A stretch of DNA of 64,000 bases from Candidatus Latescibacterota bacterium. GTDB taxonomy: Bacteria > Latescibacterota > UBA2968. A program made the position numbers and the translations under genes. The stretch spans positions 3,862,482 through 3,926,481 of the forward strand of contig OZ242320.1 in the NCBI GenBank assembly GCA_965208125.1. Direction: 5' to 3'. Shown in pieces: positions 17,144 to 25,454 of the stretch (its first letter is position 1; every line of letters begins with the position of its first letter). The notes below the pieces were generated by a model. That model did no database searches and was not told the DNA's origin. It saw only the letters and a list, made by a program, of their open reading frames with translations.

Positions 17144-18616
17144 ATGGCAGATAGACCCAATATCCTGGTGATCATGTCCGATCAGCACAGTAAATTCCAC
17201 ATCGGATGTTATGGCGATGAAGTGGTTCGAACCCCGCATATGGACCGGCTTGCTGCCGAAGGCATACGGTTCAACAACGCCTATTGCGCAGCACCGCTTT
17301 GCGTGCCCAGCCGGATGGCTTTTATGACATCCAGAACGCCCACCGCGAACCGCGTCTGGACAAATAGCCATATCCTCTCTTCTGCCATCCCCACCTGGGC
17401 ACATGGCATGGGCGCAGCCGGCTATGAAACTGCCCTGATTGGACGCATGCACTTTGTTGGATCGGATCAGCGGCACGGATTTGAGCGACGGCCCATTGGC
17501 GAATGGGGTGCACATCACCCCGGTGTTTCTTTGCAGGGCGCTCCCCTGTTTCGCAAAATGCCTCTGGGTGTATCTGGGCAGAGCCGCGTGAGCGTAGAAT
17601 ATGCCGGTTATGGGATGTGTACCTATCAGGCGTATGATGACATGGTCGTTGCGTCTGCCCTTGATTATTTGGACGAGAAGGCCCATGATGGGAGAGATCG
17701 TCCCTTTGCCGCTGTGGCTGGCTTTGTTCTTCCGCACTGCCCCTATATCGCCGCTACAAAAGAACTTTTCGAATATTATTACGATAGGGTAGATGTTCCT
17801 CAGCCAACGCCGGAAGAGGCACAGAGAGCACCGGCGGCTATCCGCAAGCTGAAACGCCTGAGAGATCTGGACAGACCACTTCCCGAGGAATGCATTCGCG
17901 TGGCCCGGGCAGCCTATTTTGCCATGTGCGAGTACTTTGACAGCATCGTCGGCCAGATGCTCCAGAAGCTGGACGAGACGGGGCTGGCGGAAAACACGCT
18001 GGTCATCTACTGCTCTGACCACGGCGAAATGGCAGGAGAACACGGACTGTGGTCCAAGAGCAATTACTACGAAGCATCAGTTTCCGTACCTCTCATTGTC
18101 CGTTTGCCCGGGGTTATCCCAGCGGGTGGAATCAGCGATAGTATCTGCAACCTCATGGATATTGGACCAACCCTGACCGAGGTGGCTGGCGCTCCTCCGA
18201 TGCCTGCTACCGATGGACGTTCGCTGTGGCCCCAGATGTGCGGAGAAGACGATCCGAACTGGGTCGATGAAACCTTCAGTGAACATCTCTGGGAAGCCAA
18301 CGAAGTGCCTTCTCGCATGATCCGCAAGGGAGCATGGAAGCTCTACAAGTACAATGAGCCTACACCTCCAGCGCTTTTTAATCTGAAAGAAGACCCCGGA
18401 GAACTCAATGATTTGGGTCTGGACACGCGGTACCAGGATGTGCGAGAGAAGCTCTTGAAACGCCTCCACGAAGACTGGGATCCCGCAGATATCATCAGTG
18501 AAACAGCTATTCTGGATCGGGATTATCGCACCATTTCGGCATGGGGCCAGGCTGTCCAGCCCATACACGAAGACACTGTAGCCGTGCCGGATGTGGAAGA
18601 CATCGAACTTCGATAG
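17144..18616 (+). CDS. sulfatase (Cys-type formylglycine enzyme), no signal peptide
   Basis: I place the start at ATG 17144 (GGAGGGG upstream), not the listed 17096, which overlaps the previous gene. ILVIMSDQH and the FGly motif C-V-P-S-R (17300-17314) are followed by MAFMTSR. Confidence 0.85.
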   Translation: MADRPNILVIMSDQHSKFHIGCYGDEVVRTPHMDRLAAEGIRFNNAYCAAPLCVPSRMAFMTSRTPTANRVWTNSHILSSAIPTWAHGMGAAGYETALIGRMHFVGSDQRHGFERRPIGEWGAHHPGVSLQGAPLFRKMPLGVSGQSRVSVEYAGYGMCTYQAYDDMVVASALDYLDEKAHDGRDRPFAAVAGFVLPHCPYIAATKELFEYYYDRVDVPQPTPEEAQRAPAAIRKLKRLRDLDRPLPEECIRVARAAYFAMCEYFDSIVGQMLQKLDETGLAENTLVIYCSDHGEMAGEHGLWSKSNYYEASVSVPLIVRLPGVIPAGGISDSICNLMDIGPTLTEVAGAPPMPATDGRSLWPQMCGEDDPNWVDETFSEHLWEANEVPSRMIRKGAWKLYKYNEPTPPALFNLKEDPGELNDLGLDTRYQDVREKLLKRLHEDWDPADIISETAILDRDYRTISAWGQAVQPIHEDTVAVPDVEDIELR

Positions 18617-18687
18617 ATGGTGAATCCAAAATTAAGTGTGATCACGTGTCCCAAACATTAGAAACTCCACGCGACCGTCAAGATCAG

Positions 18688-20634
18688 ATGCCCGAATCTT
18701 CTCGAGATAGGGGGTTGACCCTTCGCTCGGTACTCATTGGGCTTTGCTTTGCTGGTCTGGCAAATTTCTGGGTGACCTGGTCCGACTACATCATACATTC
18801 CTCGACATGGAACCTGAGCCATTTTCCGATGGTCAACTTTATTCTTTTTCTATTGTTGACCGTCTTTTCCGCTGTGGCCGGACGAGTGCTTGGCCCCCGG
18901 TTTTCGCTTGCACCTTCGGAATTGGCAACAGTAATGAGCATGGGGCTGGTCGGCAGTGTCGTGCCCACCAATGGATTCATCGGATATGTTCTCGGCATTC
19001 TGGCGACGCCGTATTATCTGGCGACGCCGGAAAACGGATGGGGTATCTATTTTCATCCCTACATTCCCGATTGGATGGCGCCATCAAACTCGGGCGATTC
19101 CATGCGGTATCTCTTTGAGGGATTGCCCGGTGGTATGCGGATTCCCTGGCAGGTCTGGATTGGTCCTCTTCTCTGGTGGCTGAGTTTTGCCGGGGGTATT
19201 GCCCTGGTCTCGGCCTGTATTGTCGTATGCTTGAGAAAACAATGGACTGATTACGAACGCCTCGATTATCCCATCATCGGGGTAGGGATCGATATGGCAA
19301 TGAGGTCGCGGGCTGTGGGTTGGTTACCGGAATATATGCACGGCCGCATTTTCTGGGGTGGATTCGCAGTTTCTTGTGGCATCGTTTGCTGGAATATTCC
19401 AGGCTACTTCATGCCCGGTATTCCCGCTTTCCCGCTCTTGCCTCAGTGGTTTACCTTTGCAACCGGTTTTCCAACGATTGATTTCCACATCAGCTTTTTC
19501 GCCTTTGCCTTCGCCTTCTTTGTCAATCTCGAGGCCCTGTTCAGTGCCTGGTTCTTTTTTTTACTTTTCATTTTACAAAGCGGCGTTTTCAACCGGTTTG
19601 GGTACACCATAGGCACCCGTGGTGATCCCTGGTCCTCTCTAAATCCCGCAGTGGGTTGGCAAAGCTGGGGGGCGATGTGTTTTATCGTCTTCTGGGGACT
19701 CTGGGTTGGGCGAAATCACATCAAGCAAGTCTTCTACCAGGCCTTCCGTTCCGCCCAGGCTGGTCGTTCAGAAGAAATGATGTCCTACCGCATAGCTATT
19801 TTCGGGTTGGTCTTCGGACTCGTATATGTGATCGGTTTTCTGCACCATGCGGGGATGAGCTATAAGATGGCCTTCATTCTGATTTTCTGTACTCTCGTCG
19901 GATACCTTGGTGTTGCCCGTATCGTAGCGGAGACGGGCCTTCTTTATGTCGTCGTACCGGTGACGGGCCAGTCGGCTACCATATATCTTCTGGGGTCATA
20001 TGGTATGCCTCCAGAAAGCATGACGGCCATGGTATTCTCCTATATGCTCGTTACCCGGGGGGCAGCTATGTTCATGCCTTCGTTCACGCAAATGGGCAAG
20101 CTCGCGGATCGAATTCCCCAGGTTCGACGAGGACTGATGTCGGCACTGGGTGGTGCGATCATTGCTGGAGTCGTGATTTCCATAGTGGTTACCTTCTATC
20201 TGGGATATAGCCAGGGCGCCTACAACTTCAACGTCTGGGTATTCGGTCTGGGAAGTCAGGTTCCCTTTATCGACACACTCACGAAAATCCGAACGCCCTT
20301 TTCCACGGACTGGAATCGCCTTTTTTTCTTTGGGATCGGAGTGGCTGTCTCTGCCTTGTTGACCTTTCTGCGTTACAGGTTTCCGGGGTGGCCCCTTTCT
20401 CCGATCGGCTTTCCGCTTTCCACCTCATGGCCAATGCGGAGGATCGGGTTCACAATTTTTCTGGCCTGGTTGGTAAAGGCACTGGTTATGAAGATCGGAG
20501 GCGTTGTCCTCTACAGGCGATTTCAGCCCTTTGCGCTGGGTCTGGTTGTCGGTTGGGCTGTCGGTGTGGGAATATCTTTTGCGGTAGATATCATCTGGTT
20601 TCCCGGTCAAGGACACATGATTCACTGGTATTGA
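18688..20634 (+). CDS. large polytopic inner-membrane protein, paralog 2 of 13779..15767
   Basis: Collinear with paralog 1 over the whole length, roughly three quarters identical by eye. The start is uncertain: ATG 18688, GTG 18646 or ATG 18541, where the last overlaps the sulfatase gene by 76 nt. Confidence 0.6.
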   Translation: MPESSRDRGLTLRSVLIGLCFAGLANFWVTWSDYIIHSSTWNLSHFPMVNFILFLLLTVFSAVAGRVLGPRFSLAPSELATVMSMGLVGSVVPTNGFIGYVLGILATPYYLATPENGWGIYFHPYIPDWMAPSNSGDSMRYLFEGLPGGMRIPWQVWIGPLLWWLSFAGGIALVSACIVVCLRKQWTDYERLDYPIIGVGIDMAMRSRAVGWLPEYMHGRIFWGGFAVSCGIVCWNIPGYFMPGIPAFPLLPQWFTFATGFPTIDFHISFFAFAFAFFVNLEALFSAWFFFLLFILQSGVFNRFGYTIGTRGDPWSSLNPAVGWQSWGAMCFIVFWGLWVGRNHIKQVFYQAFRSAQAGRSEEMMSYRIAIFGLVFGLVYVIGFLHHAGMSYKMAFILIFCTLVGYLGVARIVAETGLLYVVVPVTGQSATIYLLGSYGMPPESMTAMVFSYMLVTRGAAMFMPSFTQMGKLADRIPQVRRGLMSALGGAIIAGVVISIVVTFYLGYSQGAYNFNVWVFGLGSQVPFIDTLTKIRTPFSTDWNRLFFFGIGVAVSALLTFLRYRFPGWPLSPIGFPLSTSWPMRRIGFTIFLAWLVKALVMKIGGVVLYRRFQPFALGLVVGWAVGVGISFAVDIIWFPGQGHMIHWY

Positions 20635-20653
20635 GAGAGGAGGAGTCATATCA

Positions 20654-22084
20654 ATGGACTTATCAGGTTTTTTCATCGTGGCCCCATCTGTGGTCGGAAT
20701 CGGCGAGCCGTTTGAGCTGAAGCTCAAGCTTCTCGGAGAGGTCCGGGAGATCCCTCCCGAATGCTTCCCTCTCAACCAGACCGAGCCGCAATTGAGCAGC
20801 CGGTACAACCTGTCTCCAAGGGGATTGGCTTTCAAGGACAACGTCCTGCCCGAATTCGAGGGTTCGATTGACCTTTCTGGCGGTGACGGCTATGAGGGGC
20901 CGGCTACATATACATTTGAAGGGGGCCGTCGGCCTATTGCCGCCATACCGGGAATCCGCTATACTCGGGAAGGCTTCCACTATATTACCGTCACGGCCAA
21001 TGGAAAGCAGGCCCGCAGCAATCCCATTCGCGTCTGTCAGGATCCCCCGGTAGAACGCCTTTTCTGGGGAGACACCCACGCCCACACCATTTTTAGCGAC
21101 GCTATTCGTTCTCCCGAGGAAGTCTATGGTTTTGCCCGCGACGAAGGATTTCTGGACCTGTTTTCAATGACTGATCACGCCGAAGCCCTGACAGATCGAC
21201 AGTGGGACTACTTCGTCAGCGTCGCAAACGATCACTATGAACCGGGTCGATTTGCCACACTCGTGGCGCTTGAATGGACCAATTTCGAAGTCGGTCACAG
21301 AAACGTCTATTACCCGGGCGACTACGGTCCTATTCTTCGCGCTACGGACTCGCCCTATCAGGACCTGGAAGGTCTCTATCGAGCCGCCAGAGAGCACGGT
21401 GCCCTCCTCGTCCCGCACCATTCGGCCAATACCCAGATGGGTGTCAAATGGCACGCGGGGCACGATCCCGAAATGGAACGCCTTGTAGAAATTCACTCTG
21501 TGTGGGCATGCAGCGAAAGGGCCGAACACCAGGGCAACCCCTATCCCATCCGGGTTCAGGGCGGTGAAACAGACGGTCAGCACGTCATTGATGCTCTGAA
21601 TTTGGGCTACCGGTTCGGCATCATTGGTAGCGGAGACATCCACGATGGAAGGCCAGGAGACGACCTTTCCAGCCTGCAAAACATGGCGCAATCCCACCTC
21701 ACCGCACGGCAGGGCATCATGGGTTTCTGGGCGAAGGAACTCACCCGTGAAGCCGCATTCGAAGCTATGTGGAACCGCCGCGTTTTTGGTACCATGAATG
21801 TCCGCGTGTACCTCCGCTTCGAAGTCTGTGGTGCTTTTATGGGATCCACCGTCAGGCACGACGGTCCCCGTCAGATCCGTCTGGAAGCTGCCAGCGAGTC
21901 CCCCTTTACGCTTATTGAGATTGTGCGGAACGGCGAAACCATCCAGAAGATTGAACCCGGCGAATGCGAAATTCTCTGGGATACGCAAGACGGAGGCTCG
22001 GGCGGCATGGACTACTACTATGGTCGTCTCATGCGAGAAGACGGTCAAATGGCCTGGTCCAGCCCGGTGTGGGTCGAGCCCTGA
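20654..22084 (+). CDS. DUF3604/PHP-like metal-dependent hydrolase with N-terminal Ig-like module
   Basis: 476 aa. LFWGDTHAHTIFSD (HxH), MTDHAE, LEWTN, VPHHS and GSGDIHDG follow the PHP/DUF3604 metal-ligand pattern. Confidence 0.6.
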   Translation: MDLSGFFIVAPSVVGIGEPFELKLKLLGEVREIPPECFPLNQTEPQLSSRYNLSPRGLAFKDNVLPEFEGSIDLSGGDGYEGPATYTFEGGRRPIAAIPGIRYTREGFHYITVTANGKQARSNPIRVCQDPPVERLFWGDTHAHTIFSDAIRSPEEVYGFARDEGFLDLFSMTDHAEALTDRQWDYFVSVANDHYEPGRFATLVALEWTNFEVGHRNVYYPGDYGPILRATDSPYQDLEGLYRAAREHGALLVPHHSANTQMGVKWHAGHDPEMERLVEIHSVWACSERAEHQGNPYPIRVQGGETDGQHVIDALNLGYRFGIIGSGDIHDGRPGDDLSSLQNMAQSHLTARQGIMGFWAKELTREAAFEAMWNRRVFGTMNVRVYLRFEVCGAFMGSTVRHDGPRQIRLEAASESPFTLIEIVRNGETIQKIEPGECEILWDTQDGGSGGMDYYYGRLMREDGQMAWSSPVWVEP

Positions 22085-22101
22085 TTCGCTCTGTGCGGCC
22101 T

Positions 22102-23610
22102 ATGGAGAAAATCATGGATAGAGTGATCATTGCAGAGTGCAAGCAAGAAGTCTCGACGTTTAATCCCGTGCCCAGCCAGTACGACGATTTTCGAATCGTA
22201 CGTGGGCCTGATATGCTCGATTTCCATCGCGGCGTCGGTCACGAAGTCGGCGGTGCTCTGAGCGTTTTGGACCGAGAAGAGGCGCTTCTCCTCGTGCCCA
22301 CATACGGAGCGTGTGCGAATACGTCTGGAGGTGTGCTTTCAAAAGGCGGATTTGACCGCCTGAGCGATGAGTTTCTCGAAAGTATCCGGGATGTCGGTGA
22401 GGTGGATGGAGCTTATTTCTCGCTTCACGGTGCCATGCAGGCCGAGAGCGAAAATGATCCCGAAGGCTACTTGCTACAGGAAGCCCGCCGCATTCTCGGT
22501 GACCAGATTCCGATTGTGGTATCCCTGGACCTGCACGGTATCCTCACTGATCGGATGCTCGAGCACTGTGATGCCGTCGTTACGTACCACACCTATCCGC
22601 ATATTGACTTTGTTGAAACAGGAAAGCGCGCGGCCTTTCTGTTGATCAAGATGCTGGATGGAAACATCCGTCCTGTGACTGCAAGAGTCAAGATCCCGGC
22701 GCTGGTGCGTGGCGATGAAATGATTACTGAGACCGGGGCGATTCGAGAATGTATTCAACTGGCGAAGCAGATCGAAGCCAGCGAAGCGGGTCTTTCTGCG
22801 GGCGTGATGTGGGGAAACCCGTTCACCGATGTTCCGGAGCTTCGAACAAATAGTATCGTTGTCATGGATGGCGATGAAGTTGCCGCCATCCAATACGCGG
22901 TAGATCTGGCAAACCGGTTCTGGAAGCATCACGAAAAGATGCAGGTGCCTCTGACGGGTCTCGAAGAAAGCGTCCGGCTCGCTGCAGAAGTCGATTCTGG
23001 AACCGTCGTCATGATGGATGCAGCCGACGCGACCAGTTCTGGCGCATCGGGTGATAGCAATGCCATTGTGCGAGAACTGATGTGTCAGAGATATTCCGGG
23101 ATGGTCCTTGCACCGGTCGTGGATCCCGCTGCCGTCCAGAAAGCTTTCGACGCGGGCATAGGCGCCACCATCCGCACTACCGTAGGCGGCGTGTTCGACA
23201 GGGCCAGGTACGAACCACTAAAGATAGAGGCCAGGGTTCACCTGCTTTCAGATGGCGTTTTTCGCAGCGAGACCTTCGGCTGGCACTGGAATTCGGGAAA
23301 TACCGCCGTTCTCAAGGTGGATAATTATACTCTTGTGGTCGGTACAAGGCCAGTCAGCCTGTTTGACCGATCGTGGTTTTACGCTCATGGGCAGGATCCG
23401 AAGAAATTCGACCTGGTTGTCGTAAAGTCGCCTCATTGCGAGCCCCACATGTTCGCCGACTGGTGCGCGAAGTTGATTAATGTTGACGCTCCCGGGGCGA
23501 CAAGCGCGAACTTGCAGAGCCTTGGACATACGATTTGTAATCGACCGGTCTTTCCGCTGGATGATGTCATGGCATTTTCTCCGAAAGCGGATGTATTCCG
23601 TCGGAATTGA
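22102..23610 (+). CDS. M81-family metallopeptidase (MlrC-like)
   Basis: Start moved to ATG 22102 (MEKIMDRVIIAECKQEVSTFNP…); the listed 21964 start lies inside the previous gene. The N-terminal DUF1485-like and C-terminal MlrC_C-like order was recognised by eye (SLHGAM, VSLDLHG, TYPHID). Confidence 0.65.
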   Translation: MEKIMDRVIIAECKQEVSTFNPVPSQYDDFRIVRGPDMLDFHRGVGHEVGGALSVLDREEALLLVPTYGACANTSGGVLSKGGFDRLSDEFLESIRDVGEVDGAYFSLHGAMQAESENDPEGYLLQEARRILGDQIPIVVSLDLHGILTDRMLEHCDAVVTYHTYPHIDFVETGKRAAFLLIKMLDGNIRPVTARVKIPALVRGDEMITETGAIRECIQLAKQIEASEAGLSAGVMWGNPFTDVPELRTNSIVVMDGDEVAAIQYAVDLANRFWKHHEKMQVPLTGLEESVRLAAEVDSGTVVMMDAADATSSGASGDSNAIVRELMCQRYSGMVLAPVVDPAAVQKAFDAGIGATIRTTVGGVFDRARYEPLKIEARVHLLSDGVFRSETFGWHWNSGNTAVLKVDNYTLVVGTRPVSLFDRSWFYAHGQDPKKFDLVVVKSPHCEPHMFADWCAKLINVDAPGATSANLQSLGHTICNRPVFPLDDVMAFSPKADVFRRN

Positions 23611-23693
23611 ATAGGAATGATCATCACTAAATTATATATATTGGATCACCCTCGCTTCCATCCAGCATTGGGACTGATACAGAAAGAACGCCT

Positions 23694-25424
23694 ATGCCAC
23701 ACGCCAACCAGATTGATCCCATCCGATTTGAGGTCATCCGCAATGCGCTGTCCGAAGCCACGGAAGAAATGGCGATTGCCCTGCGCCGCAGTGCCTACTC
23801 CACCAATATTAAAACCCGAGCCGACTTCTCCTGTGTCCTTTTTGACAGCCGGGTTCGGGTCGTCGCTCAGGCTTTCGCGCAGCCCGTCCATCTCGGCTCC
23901 CTGTCCTTACTTGTACCCAGGATGGTGGAAGCATACGGGGCTGAAAATCTGGGTCCCGGTGACGCTATCCTGGCCAACGATCCCTACCTGGGTGGCGTAC
24001 ACCTGAATGACATCACCCTCATTTCACCAGTATATTACAACAACACTTGCCTGGGGTATGTTGCCAACCTGGCTCACCATGTAGATGTAGGTGGAGGGGC
24101 CCCCGCGAGCATTGGTGCTTTCAGGGAAGTGTTTCAGGAGGGCGTCATCATTCCGCCAGTCAAGCTCGTTGAGCGGGGCGAACTCGTCCCCAATATCTTC
24201 GATCTCATCCTCGCGCAAATTCGTTCGAAACGCGAAATGGCAGGCGATCTGCGTGCCCAAATCGCAGCCAATAACACAGGCGTTCGCCGTTTATGTGCCC
24301 TCGCCGATCGCATAGGTGGCGACACGGTGTCGTTCTACATTCGCGAATTGATTGCCTACACGGAACGGCGCACGCGCGTGGAAATTAGAAATTTGCCGAA
24401 TGGCGATTTTTCGGCCGATGGGCAGGTGGATAACGACGGTTTTACGGACCGGCCAGTACACCTTGCCGCGCGAATCAGCATTCAGGATGATCAGATATGC
24501 TTTGATTTTACCGGCTCTGACGTTCAGCGTAGCGCACCGGTGAATTCAACCGTAGCGATGACTTTTTCCGCCTGTGCCTATGTTCTCAAGTGCCTCATTG
24601 ACCCGGATGTGCCAGTTAATGCGGGTTTCTATAATACGGTTCAAATGGTTGCGCCAGAGGGAACGGTTGTCAACTGTTCTCCCCACGCACCGGTTGTCGG
24701 AGGCTGGGAGACCCAATTACGGCTAACAGATGTCATATTGAGGGCCCTGGCTCCCGCATTTCCCGATCACATTCCAGCAGGTAGTAAAGCCATGGTATGT
24801 CATGCGGGATTCGGCGGAATTATCGCCAGCACAGGCGAGTATTACTGCTTTTTGGAAACCCTGGCCGGTGGCTATGGTGGTCGTGCCGCGAGCGATGGGC
24901 CGGACGCCGTTCAGACTCATGGGCAGAACACCGAAAACGCACCCATTGAGGAGACAGAAATCAACTACCCGGTACGCATCGCGCGCTACGAACTGGTTGA
25001 GAACTCCGAAGGCCCTGGTAAATTTCGGGGCGGATTGGGCCTCCGGCGTGACTACCTCTTCCCCGATCATGAAGCCTCCTTCACCATCCTCGCTGATCGC
25101 GACAGGAAGGGCCCCGGGGGCCTTTTCGGCGGCAAACCTGGCCGCACGGCCAGTTATTTTCTCAATTCGAATGGAAAAACCGTCCGACTTGGTTCGAAAA
25201 CTACCGTCCAGCTTCAACCGGGAGATATTGTCAGCTATCGCACCTGCGGTGGCGGCGGCTACGGTCTGCCCGCGGATCGGGATCCCGAACGCGTGTTGCG
25301 CGACGTGCGAAACGGTATGGTCAGCCGGGAGCGAGCAAGGGAGATCTACCGAACGGAGATCGATACGGAGGCCTGGCGTGTGAACGATGGAGAAACGATG
25401 AGGTTGCGGAGCGAGATTACCTGA
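23694..25424 (+). CDS. hydantoinase B/oxoprolinase-family subunit (HyuB-1)
   Basis: 576 aa. DPIRFEVIRNAL…, NDPYLGGVHLNDI, AHHVDVGG and GGGGYG near the C-terminus are typical of the Hydantoinase_B family. Confidence 0.85.
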   Translation: MPHANQIDPIRFEVIRNALSEATEEMAIALRRSAYSTNIKTRADFSCVLFDSRVRVVAQAFAQPVHLGSLSLLVPRMVEAYGAENLGPGDAILANDPYLGGVHLNDITLISPVYYNNTCLGYVANLAHHVDVGGGAPASIGAFREVFQEGVIIPPVKLVERGELVPNIFDLILAQIRSKREMAGDLRAQIAANNTGVRRLCALADRIGGDTVSFYIRELIAYTERRTRVEIRNLPNGDFSADGQVDNDGFTDRPVHLAARISIQDDQICFDFTGSDVQRSAPVNSTVAMTFSACAYVLKCLIDPDVPVNAGFYNTVQMVAPEGTVVNCSPHAPVVGGWETQLRLTDVILRALAPAFPDHIPAGSKAMVCHAGFGGIIASTGEYYCFLETLAGGYGGRAASDGPDAVQTHGQNTENAPIEETEINYPVRIARYELVENSEGPGKFRGGLGLRRDYLFPDHEASFTILADRDRKGPGGLFGGKPGRTASYFLNSNGKTVRLGSKTTVQLQPGDIVSYRTCGGGGYGLPADRDPERVLRDVRNGMVSRERAREIYRTEIDTEAWRVNDGETMRLRSEIT

Positions 25425-25454
25425 TCATCCACCCGGTTCTGGAGGAACATAAGA

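Noticed and set aside
17021-18043. 340-aa antisense ORF inside the first sulfatase gene, with similar long antisense ORFs at 951..1745, 2672..3637, 21164..22048, 28614..29573 and 46312..47292
   Set aside because: Each is fully embedded opposite a well-supported gene, and none has motif support. Long open antisense frames are expected in GC-rich coding DNA.
18541-18687. N-terminal extensions of listed ORFs that overlap the preceding gene (18541, 17096, 21964, 49527, 51232, 52943, 56028, 60672)
   Set aside because: The extensions overlap upstream coding sequence in another frame and look non-protein-like (Arg/Cys/Gly-rich). Internal starts have a Shine-Dalgarno site and give the N-termini typical of each family, so I moved the starts accordingly.
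13779-20634. Possibility that the two similar membrane-protein genes reflect an assembly duplication
   Set aside because: The copies differ at many synonymous and some non-synonymous positions throughout, and they have different flanking genes. This is a genuine diverged duplication rather than a collapsed or expanded repeat.
23642-23657. Possible second sigma-54 promoter, TGGATCACCCTCGCTT, upstream of HyuB-1
   Set aside because: The GG-to-GC spacing is one nucleotide short of the consensus, and the -12 element is CGCT rather than TTGC. That is too weak to call.
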